NCBI GenBank assembly: GCA_964614645.1
Contig: CAZTMA010000006.1
Location: forward strand, 6,414-70,413
Origin: an uncultured Anaerolineales bacterium
Lineage (GTDB): Bacteria > Chloroflexota > Anaerolineae > CG2-30-64-16
DNA length: 64,000 nt
Reading direction: 5' to 3'
The notes under the pieces are model-generated. The model had not been told where the DNA came from, made no database searches, and saw nothing but the letters and a program-made list of their open reading frames with translations. Of this stretch, positions 28,322 to 37,876 are shown in pieces (the stretch's first letter is position 1; the number at the start of each line of letters is the position of its first letter). The position numbers and the translations under genes were made by a program.

Positions 28322-28624
28322 ATGCAGGTACTGGACTGGGGTACGCTGGCCCGCGGGGCCCTCTGGATAGCCGGGCTAAGCATGGTGCTGGCGGCCTGGA
28401 GCTTCGCTTACTGGCAGGCGCGCGAGGGGCATGTCCCCCTGCGCGACATGCTGGGCCAGCCAGCGTTCCAGTTGGCGTTCAACGGGGGTCTGGCAATGTT
28501 CACCGGCGGGCTGGCGTGGGGATCGCCCGTGCTTTGGGAGCGGCTGGCCGGGCTGGCGGTGGCTTTTGTGTTCGCATGGCTGGCGGCAAACGCCGGGTGG
28601 TCGCTGCGCACGAAGGCTCGTTGA
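28322..28624 (+). CDS. Small hypothetical membrane protein
   Basis: Three hydrophobic helices; operonic spacing. Confidence 0.7.
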   Translation: MQVLDWGTLARGALWIAGLSMVLAAWSFAYWQAREGHVPLRDMLGQPAFQLAFNGGLAMFTGGLAWGSPVLWERLAGLAVAFVFAWLAANAGWSLRTKAR

Positions 28625-28713
28625 CAAAGCTGTAGAGGCGAACCGGTGTGTTCGCCCCGTATGGGAACGGGCGATGTTGCGCCGGCAGCCTCGATAGAAG
28701 GAAAGGTTGAGCG

Positions 28714-29613
28714 ATGAAGCGGACGCGCGAAGCGCTAATTTGGGCGGCTTTTTTGGTGCTTGCGGGGGTGTTTTTGTTGCTCCGCAACCTGGGCATCTTC
28801 GCCCAGTGGGGCGAGCTGGCCTGGGGTGCGCTCTTTGCACTGGCCGGGCTGGGGTTCCTCGGTTGGTTCCTGCGGAGCGTAGACCGCTGGTGGCGGGCCA
28901 TCCCCGCCTTCATGCTCCTGGGCATCGGCGCGGGCATTATCATGCAGTGGCGCAATATCGAGCTGGGCACGTGGAACATCCCACTGGTGTTATTCGGCAT
29001 GGCGCTCGGCTTCTGGGCAGTGCTGCTGGTGCGACGGGAGCACTGGTGGGCGCTGATCCCGGCGGGCGTGCTGACCGTGCTGGCGGTGGAGCTGGGCCTG
29101 TGGAACCGGCTTGACCCGGTCTGGCGCATGGCCGTCCTATACGTGGGGATCGGGGTGGTCTTCCTTCTGCTGTATGCCATCCGTTACGAGGAAGCCGACA
29201 CTCGTTGGGCGGCGGTGCCCGCTGCCGCGCTACTGCTGCTCGGCGTGGTCACTTTGATGCAGAGCCTGCCGCTGCCGCTCCTGCTCAAGCAGTGGTGGCC
29301 GATTCTGCTGGCGGTTGCGGGCTTGGGCCTGGGCATCGGCGCGTTCATCTTCCGGGGGGCTGCGCATGCCCTCCCGCCGGCCGAGCTGCCGCCCTTCGAG
29401 GCGCTGCCACCCGCGCCTGGCGCGTCGGTGACGAGTGACCTGCCGCCGGCGCCGGAGGAGCCGTGGCAGCCGGCGCCGGTTGTGCCGGAGCCCGAGCCGC
29501 TGGTTGATGAACCGGCCGGGTCGCCGCCGGATGATAAGGCGATCGATATCTATGATCTGATCCGGCAGCAGCCGAGCGAGCAGGCGCCGCCGCCAGAGCC
29601 GAAGCAGGAGTAG
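28714..29613 (+). CDS. Membrane protein with repeated WWALIP-type TM units (LiaF/LiaI-like) and Pro-rich tail
   Basis: WWRAIPA / WWALIPA / WAAVPA repeats, WWPILL. Confidence 0.75.
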   Translation: MKRTREALIWAAFLVLAGVFLLLRNLGIFAQWGELAWGALFALAGLGFLGWFLRSVDRWWRAIPAFMLLGIGAGIIMQWRNIELGTWNIPLVLFGMALGFWAVLLVRREHWWALIPAGVLTVLAVELGLWNRLDPVWRMAVLYVGIGVVFLLLYAIRYEEADTRWAAVPAAALLLLGVVTLMQSLPLPLLLKQWWPILLAVAGLGLGIGAFIFRGAAHALPPAELPPFEALPPAPGASVTSDLPPAPEEPWQPAPVVPEPEPLVDEPAGSPPDDKAIDIYDLIRQQPSEQAPPPEPKQE

Positions 29614-29674
29614 GTAGGGAAGTGGCTCGGTGTGCAACCTTCGGTTGCCGAGACCGGCCACAGCGTTAAAGACA

Positions 29675-29709
29675 GCAGGGGCGACCGGACCAAATCCGGT
29701 CGCCCCTGC
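29675..29709. terminator. Hairpin between convergent genes
   Basis: gcaggggcgaccgga-ccaaa-tccggtcgcccctgc perfect 15-bp stem. Confidence 0.7.
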
Positions 29710-29733
29710 GGCATTGTTAGGTCAGGCTGGACC

Positions 29734-31587
29734 TCAGTCCAGCGGGCAGAGGTCTTTGGCGGTGAAGGTGGGGTTGGCGTAGCCCCAGTCCTCCAGGAAC
29801 TGCCAGGTAGCCGGGTTCTTTTCGGCGTAGGTGATGGTGTCTCGGCAGGCCTGGATGACGCTGCCGGAGGACCGGTAGGCGTCATAGAAGGCCTTGGCCG
29901 CGCCGGCAAGCGCCTTGTCCTTGATCTGCAGGGAGACCTTCTGGGCCTCGGCAGCCTGGCCCGCACCTACATAGGCGACTACCAGCCGGAAGCGGGCGAA
30001 ATCCTTCAGCGTGGCCAGCTCATCCTTCAGGCCGGTCGTAGAGCAGGCGATGGAGATCGTGTCTGCGACGACGCCGGTGTAGGCCTCAATCGCGGGATCA
30101 AACCCCTCGGCATTCCACGCCGCAAAGGCGTTGTTGGCATCCAGAACCGCATGATAGAGGCAGCCGGACTCATCGTAGTCGATGGTGACGAGCGAGTACG
30201 CGCTGCCCTGCGGCGAGATGTAGGTCTCGGTCCAGGCCCGCTGCGGGCCGGCGCCAACAGAGCCGATCACGCCGCCGTGAATGATGATCTCCTGGCCTGC
30301 GCCATCGGGTGTCACATCCTCGAACTTAAACTCGGCAGAGGCGATGGTCGGGTCTTCGCCCTCCATCCAGTCCTGGTAGGCTGTGCCGTCCCAGGTGTTG
30401 ACATGCAGGGTGGAGAAGCAGGTGTGCGCGCCACAGACCGTATCCGTCCACACGAGGTCGGCCTTGCCGTCGCCGTTCAGGTCACCGGACTGCAGAAGGC
30501 TGACGATGCCGTCGCCCTTCAGCTGGTAGGCGACCGTATAGCCCGCCGCGCCGGCATGGTAGACGACGAACTGGCCGCGGCCGGCCGGGGGCGGGTTGGT
30601 CGGATCGTGCATGGTCAGGATGAGGTCATTGCTCTCGGGGCTCTGCAGCGCGGCCTGCACCAGGCCCTCTTCGTTGGCAGCCAGCGCCTTGCAGGTCGCG
30701 AGCCAGGTCTGAAGGCCTTCCACCGTGTTGCCCTCGGTATTCAGGAAGGCGAGGACGGCATCGGGATAGGCGTCGACGTTCGCGGGACAGGTCCCGGCCT
30801 CGACGGTCTCTTCCGGTGCGGCAACGGTCGGCTCAGCGGCCGCGGGGACCTCAGTAGCGGTCGCTTCCGGGGCCGCAGGCGGTTCAGCGGTCGCGGTTGC
30901 GGTGGGCTCGGCCGTCGGTTCTGCGGTCGCGGTTGCGGTCGGTTCGGCGGTCGGCTCAGCCGTTGGTTCGGCGGTGGCCGTCGCAGTCGGTTCAGGCAGC
31001 GCCGTCGGCTCGCTGGTTGGCGTCGCAGTTGGAGCAACCTCGACCGGTGTCGTAGCTGTGACGACCTCGGTGGGTGCGATCGTCGGTTCTGCAGCCGCCG
31101 CAGCCGGTTCGGGGGCTGTAGCAGCGGGGACCTGTCCGGCTGCGGGAACGGGCGGGATCCAGACGCGCTGGCCGATGTAAAGCCAAAGCTTGGGATTCAC
31201 CAGGCCGGGGTTAGCGTTCCAGAGGGTGCGCACGGAGACGCCGGTGGCGCGGGACACAGTATTCCAGGTGTCGCCGGCGACGACGGTATACCAGCGACCT
31301 TCCGTGGTGCCCACCTGGGCCGGAACGCAGACGGTGTCGCCCAGGTACAGCCAGCCGTTCGAGCGAATCAGACTTGGATTTGCCTCCCGCAGCAGCCTGA
31401 CCGTGACGCCTGTTGCCGTGGAGACGGTATTCCACGTATCGCCGGGACGTACAGTATAATTGTAGCTGCAGGACACTGGCGGCGTGGTCCCTTGGGCGCT
31501 CGCCGGCGGCACGACTGCCGCCACAAGCAGGGCTGCCAGGAGCAGGGTCGAGGCAAGCCGGAAGATTCGCGCTGTGCGAAAACTCAT
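29734..31587 (-). CDS. Secreted protein with two LysM domains, Pro/Thr/Ala linker and FG-GAP-like C-terminal domain
   Basis: Signal peptide; YTVRPGDTW..ANP..LYLG and YTVVAGDTW..ANP..LYIGQ; EPTA repeats; GDLNGDGKADLV. Confidence 0.88.
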   Translation of the reverse strand: MSFRTARIFRLASTLLLAALLVAAVVPPASAQGTTPPVSCSYNYTVRPGDTWNTVSTATGVTVRLLREANPSLIRSNGWLYLGDTVCVPAQVGTTEGRWYTVVAGDTWNTVSRATGVSVRTLWNANPGLVNPKLWLYIGQRVWIPPVPAAGQVPAATAPEPAAAAAEPTIAPTEVVTATTPVEVAPTATPTSEPTALPEPTATATAEPTAEPTAEPTATATAEPTAEPTATATAEPPAAPEATATEVPAAAEPTVAAPEETVEAGTCPANVDAYPDAVLAFLNTEGNTVEGLQTWLATCKALAANEEGLVQAALQSPESNDLILTMHDPTNPPPAGRGQFVVYHAGAAGYTVAYQLKGDGIVSLLQSGDLNGDGKADLVWTDTVCGAHTCFSTLHVNTWDGTAYQDWMEGEDPTIASAEFKFEDVTPDGAGQEIIIHGGVIGSVGAGPQRAWTETYISPQGSAYSLVTIDYDESGCLYHAVLDANNAFAAWNAEGFDPAIEAYTGVVADTISIACSTTGLKDELATLKDFARFRLVVAYVGAGQAAEAQKVSLQIKDKALAGAAKAFYDAYRSSGSVIQACRDTITYAEKNPATWQFLEDWGYANPTFTAKDLCPLD

Positions 31588-31730
31588 TCTGTCGCTCCTT
31601 TCGATTCTGAGGCTGTGTAACCCGTCACTTTTCGCATACATCAAATTCATGCTGCATTATACACAAGGGTCCCAGGAATCCAAAGCGATTTCCGGCGAAG
31701 ATTGATTTCCATTCAGGAGGAGAGAGAATC

Positions 31731-32060
31731 ATGTCCAGGCGAGTTGTCGTCTATATGTCGCCGTGGTGCTCCAGCAGTTCGGATACGCAGCGGGCGCTGA
31801 AGGAGTGGAACGTGCCGGCCACCTTCGTCAACATCAAGGACGACCGTGAAGCGGCGGCGCGGGTCAAGTCGTGGGTCGGCTTCGAGAGCGTGCCTACAGT
31901 CGTGATTGCCGAGGAGGAGCGCTTCGACCCGTTCGAGCCGCCTGCCCCGCTGGCGCCGGGGGCCAGCCCGCGGGGCATCGATCGCGGGAGCATGTTGACG
32001 GAGGCGAACCGCCAGCAGCTCCGGGCCTGGCTCGTGAAGCATGGGGTCATGACGGAATGA
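31731..32060 (+). CDS. Glutaredoxin-like protein (monothiol CxxS)
   Basis: VVVYMSPWCSSS, GFESVPTVVI; strong RBS AGGAGGAG. Confidence 0.8.
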   Translation: MSRRVVVYMSPWCSSSSDTQRALKEWNVPATFVNIKDDREAAARVKSWVGFESVPTVVIAEEERFDPFEPPAPLAPGASPRGIDRGSMLTEANRQQLRAWLVKHGVMTE

Positions 32061-32161
32061 CCGCTGTGGCGGAGTGATCGCCTGCTACTGATCATGGTAT
32101 AATACCAACGCTTGCAGAAGTGCAAGCAGCCCCGATACTGCGCCGGTCGAGAGGTCACCCG

Positions 32162-32746
32162 ATGAAGAACACACGATTCACCAGGGGAGAACTCATCCTG
32201 ATCGCGGGGATCACGCTGGTCTTTGCGGCGCTGAGTGCGCTGGGCCTGCGCGCCTATCTGAATCGCGATAATCGCTGGGTGCGCATCGTTTCCCCGACCG
32301 AGGCGAGGGCCGTGGAGACCGTCGCGGTGTCGCGGCTGCTGCAGCCGTATGTGCGGACCGACCAGGGGACCTACTTCTTCTGCAGCGGCGCCACCTGGCG
32401 CGATACGTGCGAGCCCATCGACGAGACGCGGCTGCCGGCGACGGCGGTGCCCCCGCGCTGGCGGACGTGCGAGCCGGACCTGCCCCAACTGCCCCCGACG
32501 CCCGGTGAGGTGGTCCACTCCCTGGACTTCGCCCGGTGCCAGGAGGCACGCACGTATGCCCGGCTCATCATCCTGGCAGACGGCTCCATCTGGCGCTGGC
32601 AGCGCAGCTTCTCCTGGGTGAACGGGTTTGCGTTTGCCTCCGGTGTCTTCTGGAGCCTGGTGCTCGGCGTGCTGGTGGGCATTGGCGCGGTGCGGGTGCA
32701 GCGCTATCTCAACTCACCGATTCCGGGGGAGAAAAAGGGGCCATGA
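32162..32746 (+). CDS. Hypothetical membrane protein with Cys-containing extracytoplasmic loop
   Basis: Two TM helices flanking a loop with four Cys; TGGTATAAT near 32095; RBS GAGG. Confidence 0.7.
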   Translation: MKNTRFTRGELILIAGITLVFAALSALGLRAYLNRDNRWVRIVSPTEARAVETVAVSRLLQPYVRTDQGTYFFCSGATWRDTCEPIDETRLPATAVPPRWRTCEPDLPQLPPTPGEVVHSLDFARCQEARTYARLIILADGSIWRWQRSFSWVNGFAFASGVFWSLVLGVLVGIGAVRVQRYLNSPIPGEKKGP

Positions 32747-32805
32747 GGGAGTGTCAAGGGATTAAAGTTGCTCGGCGTGCCGGTCGTATGGTATTATCCA
32801 TCTGC

Positions 32806-32879
32806 GCCCCCGTAGCTCAGGTGGATAGAGCGAGGCACTCCTAACGCCTAGGCCGTTGGTTCGAATCCAACCGGGGGTA
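32806..32879 (+). tRNA. tRNA-Arg (anticodon CCT)
   Basis: GCCCCCG/CGGGGGT acceptor, TAGCTCAG..GGATAGAGC D-arm, CTCCTAA anticodon loop, GTTCGAATC T-loop; CCA not encoded. Confidence 0.93.
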
Positions 32880-32882
32880 TCA

Positions 32883-32914
32883 AAAAGGGGACCGCGAGTA
32901 GGCGGTCCCCTTTT
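32883..32914. terminator. Bidirectional rho-independent terminator
   Basis: aaaaggggaccgc-gagtag-gcggtcccctttt between tRNA and the convergent nucleotidase. Confidence 0.85.
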
Positions 32915-32966
32915 GCGTTAACCGGTTATGCAACCGGCGGTTACACAACCGGTGGTTACAACCGTA

Positions 32967-34640
32967 CTACGGGACGAACGTGATGCGGTTCTGCGGGCCA
33001 GGGGCGACCGGACTGTTCGCAACGAAGTAGGCTTCGAGCGCGTCGAGGTCCAGGGCGCCACCCAGGCGGTTGGTGCCTTCCCTAAGCACGTGGAAGTTGT
33101 CGCCGCCGTCGGCCAGGAAGCTGTTGACGGTCACACGGTAGGTCGCGGCCGGGTCAATCGGCACGCCGTTGAGCATAATGTTGCTGACCTTGTCACCGGT
33201 CGGCGCGCTCTGGCTCCAGGTGTAGGTGAAGCCGTTCGAGACCTGCAGGATGCGGTTCGCGCCGACCGTCGGGTTATCGAACTGCTGCTCCAGGAGCGTG
33301 TCGATCTGCGCGCCGGTCAGGCTCATGGTGACGAGGCTGTTGCCGAACGGCTGCACGGTGAAAATCTCGTTGTAGGTGACCTCACCGGGCGCCTCGCCGG
33401 CAGTGCTGTTGTTGTAAGACAGGTCGGCGCGGATGCCGCCCGGGTTCATGAACGCGATGACCGCGTCACCGAAGCCAGGGTCATCCGTTGCGTCAAGCTG
33501 TGAGTCCGCAATCACGTCGCCCAGGGCCGATTCGCCCGCGGCATTGTTAGCCCGCGTGATATCCGAGATGATGGTACCGATGATGCGATTGGCGAAGGGT
33601 GCAGCCAGCGTGCCGTAGCGCTCAACCAGCGCAGTCAGCCGCGCATCTTTCTCGACATCGCGAGTCACGATGTTGTTGTTGGCCGCCATCTCAATCACAT
33701 CGCCGGACTTCCGGTCGATGGTCAGGTCGACCTTGGTCACCAGGCGACCGAAGGATGCGGCGCTCGTGACCAACTTGCCGTCGATGACGCAGTTGTAGGC
33801 GTTGTGGGTGTGGCCGCTGATGACGGCATCCACCTCGTCGTCCAGCCGGTTGACGATATCGACGATCGGGCCGGAGATGCCCATACAGGAATTATAATCG
33901 CCGCCCGCCTGCGCGCCACCCTCGTGGAGCAGGATGACGATGGTCTCGACCCCGCGGCGCTTGAGTTCCTGGATATACACGTTCGCAGCGTCGGCCTCAT
34001 CGAGGAACGTCAGCCCGGCCACGCCGGACGGCGTCACGATGGTCGGCGTGCCTTCCAGGGTCATGCCGATGAAGGCGACCTTGGTGCCGCGGAAGTTCTC
34101 GATGGCAACGGGCCGGAAGATCGTCTTGCCGGTATCCGAATATTCCACGTTCGCGGCGAGGAACTGGAAATCCGCACCGGCGAACCCATCGCCATCCATG
34201 CACCCATCGGTCGGGTGGCAGCCGCCCTTTTGCATGCGCAGTAGCTCAGCCGCGCCTTCGTCGAACTCGTGGTTGCCGACCGCATTGTAATCCAGGCCGA
34301 TCAGGTTGAAGGCCTCGATGGTCGGCTCGTCATGGAAGAGGGCGGAAATCAGCGGGCTCGCGCCGATCAGGTCGCCTGCGGACACGACAACGGTGTTGGG
34401 GTTCTGCGCCCGCAGGTTGGCGATGTGCGTGGCGAGGTACTCGACGCCACCGGCATCGATTGTGCCGATGCGGCCCGAGGAGCCGGCGGGGGGCTCCAGG
34501 TTGCCGTGGAAGTCGTTCAATGCGAGAATCTGCACCTCGACGGTGTCGCCACGCGGTGCGGCTGCGGCCGGGAAGGCCATGGACAGCAACACGGCTGCCA
34601 GCATCAGAACGTACACAGGTCGAATTCTCATTCGTTTCAT
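32967..34640 (-). CDS. Secreted 5'-nucleotidase/metallophosphoesterase (UshA-like)
   Basis: Signal peptide; NDFHG, AGD, GNHEFD, LLHEG, SGHTH; C-terminal NPGGIRA, QPFGN, FLADGGDNF. Confidence 0.93.
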   Translation of the reverse strand: MKRMRIRPVYVLMLAAVLLSMAFPAAAAPRGDTVEVQILALNDFHGNLEPPAGSSGRIGTIDAGGVEYLATHIANLRAQNPNTVVVSAGDLIGASPLISALFHDEPTIEAFNLIGLDYNAVGNHEFDEGAAELLRMQKGGCHPTDGCMDGDGFAGADFQFLAANVEYSDTGKTIFRPVAIENFRGTKVAFIGMTLEGTPTIVTPSGVAGLTFLDEADAANVYIQELKRRGVETIVILLHEGGAQAGGDYNSCMGISGPIVDIVNRLDDEVDAVISGHTHNAYNCVIDGKLVTSAASFGRLVTKVDLTIDRKSGDVIEMAANNNIVTRDVEKDARLTALVERYGTLAAPFANRIIGTIISDITRANNAAGESALGDVIADSQLDATDDPGFGDAVIAFMNPGGIRADLSYNNSTAGEAPGEVTYNEIFTVQPFGNSLVTMSLTGAQIDTLLEQQFDNPTVGANRILQVSNGFTYTWSQSAPTGDKVSNIMLNGVPIDPAATYRVTVNSFLADGGDNFHVLREGTNRLGGALDLDALEAYFVANSPVAPGPQNRITFVP

Positions 34641-34781
34641 CTACAAGCCTCCGATACTCGCTAGGATCTACGTTCCGGAACCGATTCTACCTGAAGTCGG
34701 GGCAATTGTAAAGATAAGCATGGTACATGCATTGCACCAATTACGAACGCAAATTCACAATGCGGCGCCATAAAGGCGATT

Positions 34782-34851
34782 GGAGTCGAGGCTTTAGCCG
34801 GTTTGGGTGGCTGCGCACGTACACTGCCAAACCGGCTGAAGCCTCGAGTCC
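34782..34851. repeat. REP-like palindrome (GGAG-ended variant)
   Basis: ggagtcgaggctttagccggtttgg / ccaaaccggctgaagcctcgagtcc; shares the gctt(t/c)agc / gctgaagc core with the GTAG copies. Confidence 0.7.
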
Positions 34852-34973
34852 GCCTGCATTGGACATTCCTGATTCCTGGCCGCAGTTCTTGGCGCAGGGG
34901 CGGAGCGTGTGCTAAAATGACCGGCAATGGGCGCGCAGACGCCTGAATCATGCAGTAAGTGTGGAGGACGGTC

Positions 34974-35723
34974 ATGATGAAAGTTGTGCTGCTCCGTCAC
35001 GGCGAGAGCACCTGGAACAAAGAAAACCTGTACACCGGCTGGACCGACGTCGACCTCTCCGAGCGGGGATGCAAGGAGGCAGAGGAGGCCGGCCGGCTCT
35101 TGCGCGAGGGCGGCTACATCTTCGACCTGGCCTATACCTCGGTTCTGAAGCGGGCCATCCGCACGCTGTGGATGACGCTGGACGGGATGGACCTGATGTG
35201 GATCCCGGTCTACAAGACCTGGCGCCTCAACGAGCGGCACTACGGCGCGCTGCAGGGGCTCAACAAGGCCCAGACGGCGGAGCAGTACGGCGAGCAGCAG
35301 GTCAAGATCTGGCGGCGCTCGTACGATGTGCCGCCGCCGCCGCTGACCCAGGACGACCCGCGCTGGCCGGGCCATGACCCGCGCTATGCCGATGTCGCGC
35401 CGGAAGACCTGCCCGTGGCCGAGTGCCTGAAGGATACGGTCGCCCGGTTCCTGCCCTGGTGGCACGCCGAGGCCGCGCCGACCATCAAGTCCGGCAAGCG
35501 CGTCATCATCGCGGCGCACGGCAACAGCCTGCGCGCGCTGGTCAAGTACCTCGACAACATGTCGGATGAGGCCATCGTCGAGCTCAACATCCCGACGGGC
35601 ATCCCGCTGGTGTACGAGCTGGATGACGACCTGAAGCCGATCACCCACTATTACCTGGGGGATCCGGAGGCTGTAGCGGCTGCTGCGGCCGCGGTGGCCG
35701 CGCAGGGCAAGGGGAAGAAGTAG
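34974..35723 (+). CDS. gpmA: 2,3-bisphosphoglycerate-dependent phosphoglycerate mutase
   Basis: [34 protein letters not shown]. Confidence 0.96.
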   Translation: MMKVVLLRHGESTWNKENLYTGWTDVDLSERGCKEAEEAGRLLREGGYIFDLAYTSVLKRAIRTLWMTLDGMDLMWIPVYKTWRLNERHYGALQGLNKAQTAEQYGEQQVKIWRRSYDVPPPPLTQDDPRWPGHDPRYADVAPEDLPVAECLKDTVARFLPWWHAEAAPTIKSGKRVIIAAHGNSLRALVKYLDNMSDEAIVELNIPTGIPLVYELDDDLKPITHYYLGDPEAVAAAAAAVAAQGKGKK

Positions 35724-35784
35724 GCTGGCGCCCGCAGGGTCTCACGCAAAGACGCCAAGGACGCAGAGTAGATATTTGAAACGG

Positions 35785-35816
35785 AGACCGGCCTGCCGTA
35801 CGGCAGGCCGGTCTTT
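35785..35816. terminator. Hairpin terminator between convergent genes
   Basis: agaccggcctgccg-ta-cggcaggccggtct followed by T/A. Confidence 0.75.
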
Positions 35817-35857
35817 AATTGGTGATTCCGTTGGGTCCGCGTATTCCGCGGTTATAC

Positions 35858-36151
35858 TTAGCCCACGACGACGATCGAGTTGTCCTCGCCGAAGCCGGAG
35901 GGTTCGTAGGCATCGGCCGCCGGGTCGTTGTGCCAGATATGGCCATCGGCGAGGTAGCGGAACTGATAGCGGCCCGGCTCGAGCCGGAGGCTCTTGGTCC
36001 AGACCCCATCCTTGCGCCGCTGCATGGGCGTCGCATTCTCATCCCAGTTGTTGAAGTCCCCGACAATCGCCAGGCTCCCCGCTTCGATCTCCGCCGGCAT
36101 CTCGAACGTTACAGAAAACTTCTTGCTATTGGCAACTGCAGCCTTTTTCAT
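35858..36151 (-). CDS. Isoamylase early-set/CBM48 (AMPK-beta-like) glycogen-binding protein
   Basis: IVGDFNNWD...PM...DGVW...LEPGRYQFRYLADG.W.NDP; start uncertain. Confidence 0.85.
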   Translation of the reverse strand: MKKAAVANSKKFSVTFEMPAEIEAGSLAIVGDFNNWDENATPMQRRKDGVWTKSLRLEPGRYQFRYLADGHIWHNDPAADAYEPSGFGEDNSIVVVG

Positions 36152-36292
36152 CGCGCTAATCTTGCTCCTTGACAGTATCATTTGCCTTTGCACCGGAAAG
36201 GTGGAAAAGCGTGCTATATGTTACGGTATACCTGAACGCCGGTTATGTGTCAAATAGCGGGGGTATGATGATTGAGCCAGCGCGCAACAGCC

Positions 36293-36321
36293 TTGCATGC
36301 CCGGCCCATCTTCGCTATAAT
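36293..36321 (+). promoter_or_regulatory. Sigma70 promoter for fdhD
   Basis: TTGCAT-17 bp-TATAAT. Confidence 0.65.
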
Positions 36322-36362
36322 GGCCTGAGACAGGCTCGGGACCAAGAAGGAGTGCGCAGGGA

Positions 36363-37139
36363 ATGGGTGTCAGCCGGGAGTTAACGTATCAGCGGTATGA
36401 AGGCGGGCGACTGGCATCCGTGACCGGGCATGTGGCGGCGGAGGCGCTCGTGCGCCTGCACGTCAACGGGCGTGAACTTGCCATGCTGATGTGCTCGCCG
36501 TACCAGCTGGATTGGCTGGCGCTCGGCTTTCTGCGCAGCGAGGGGTTTATCGGCGGTCCGGCGGACGTGCGGCGGATCGTCATCTGCCCCAGCAATGCGT
36601 GTGTCGAGGTGTGGCTGCACCGGGCGGATTTCGAGCCCCCGGCGCAGCGGGTCATCACGAGCGGCTGCGGCGGCGGCATCACGTTTGCCGACCTGACCGC
36701 GGAGGCCCAGCCGCTGGCGTCGGATGTCGTGGTCTCGCCCCGGCAGTTGGGCCGGCTGATGTTCGCAATGCAAGCGACACAGCACACGCGCGGCATCCAC
36801 ACCGCGGCCCTGGCCGAGGTGGACGGCGACGAGGAGCGGCTGCTGGCCGTAGTCGAGGACATCGGCCGGCATAACACGATCGACAAGCTGTGGGGCCGCT
36901 GTTTGAGCCAGGGAATCGAGACACGCGATCGGATTGTGTTGAGCACCGGGCGTATCAGCTCGGAGATGTTGAACAAGGTGGCCCGCATGGGTGCGCCGGT
37001 GGTGGTCAGCCGCACCTCGCCGACCACGCTCTCGGTAGCGCTCGCGCAGGCCTGGAACGTGACCCTGGTGGGTTACGCGCGACGCGACAGCCTCAACGTG
37101 TACAGCGGGGAGGCACGTGTGTTAGTCGAACTGGAGTAA
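36363..37139 (+). CDS. fdhD: Formate dehydrogenase accessory sulfurtransferase
   Basis: LALGFLRSEG, TSGCG, GIHTAAL, EDIGRHNTIDK, TGRISSEM. Confidence 0.92.
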   Translation: MGVSRELTYQRYEGGRLASVTGHVAAEALVRLHVNGRELAMLMCSPYQLDWLALGFLRSEGFIGGPADVRRIVICPSNACVEVWLHRADFEPPAQRVITSGCGGGITFADLTAEAQPLASDVVVSPRQLGRLMFAMQATQHTRGIHTAALAEVDGDEERLLAVVEDIGRHNTIDKLWGRCLSQGIETRDRIVLSTGRISSEMLNKVARMGAPVVVSRTSPTTLSVALAQAWNVTLVGYARRDSLNVYSGEARVLVELE

Positions 37140-37152
37140 GGAGGCCAGACCA

Positions 37153-37635
37153 ATGCATACTCGCGATGAGGCATGGGTCGCCCTGGATCGCGGCTTTAAG
37201 ACCTTCATGGACACCATGGGGCAGTTGACGGAGGAAGAACTGACGTCAAGGCCCGTGGTCGGCCAGTGGTCCGTCAAAGACGTGATCGCTCACGTGTGGT
37301 CGTTGGTGGATGAAGCGGCCCGCACGGTGCATGCGTGGGACAGCAAGCGGCCGTGGCAGGAAGGTGTGGCGTTCGATGACGAGTGGAACGAACGCCATGT
37401 GCGCGAAAAGGAACCGTTGGCCCTGATCGCCGTCGTCGACGGCTTGACGGGCGCGCACCGCCGGTTGATGCACCAGCTGGATATGGCTGAAGATGAAGCG
37501 CTGGTGGTTGTCGCCAGGGATCCGAAGGGCGAGGAGATGGCTCTCGTCGACTTCTTCTATGCCGTGGCGCAATACTATATCGACCATGTAAACGATCTCA
37601 AGTCCTATCAGGATCATTGCCTGGAGTGCGACTGA
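37153..37635 (+). CDS. DinB/YfiT-like four-helix-bundle protein
   Basis: GQWSVKDVIAHV, DEWN, YIDH; RBS AAGGAGG. Confidence 0.75.
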   Translation: MHTRDEAWVALDRGFKTFMDTMGQLTEEELTSRPVVGQWSVKDVIAHVWSLVDEAARTVHAWDSKRPWQEGVAFDDEWNERHVREKEPLALIAVVDGLTGAHRRLMHQLDMAEDEALVVVARDPKGEEMALVDFFYAVAQYYIDHVNDLKSYQDHCLECD

Positions 37636-37687
37636 CCCCCGGTCGCAGCTCCCCGCCCTCATAGTCTCCACAGGCCTCATAGTATTG

Positions 37688-37717
37688 GACCGGCCCTTCC
37701 CCCGGGGCCGGTCTTTT
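37688..37717 (+). terminator. Rho-independent terminator
   Basis: gaccggccc / gggccggtc stem followed by TTTT. Confidence 0.75.
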
Positions 37718-37876
37718 CGCTTAAAGCGCCTGGCCATTGGTAACATCACCTACGCCTAAAATCCGCCGGATATGTCATAATAGCAACGATATTGTTAATT
37801 TATGGAACTGGCTGGCATCGGCTGGGGCTCCGCCGCAGACGATACCAGCCAAACCGATACGCACTGGAGGGATGCG

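Noticed and set aside
30830-31130. Tandem repeats in the LysM gene
   Set aside because: They simply encode the EPTA/TATA Pro-Thr linker.
31731-32060. Glutaredoxin-like gene as a second selenoprotein
   Set aside because: The active site reads CSSS with no in-frame TGA.
32806-34640. Genomic island integrated at tRNA-Arg
   Set aside because: No integrase, and I saw no duplicated tRNA 3' end in the window.
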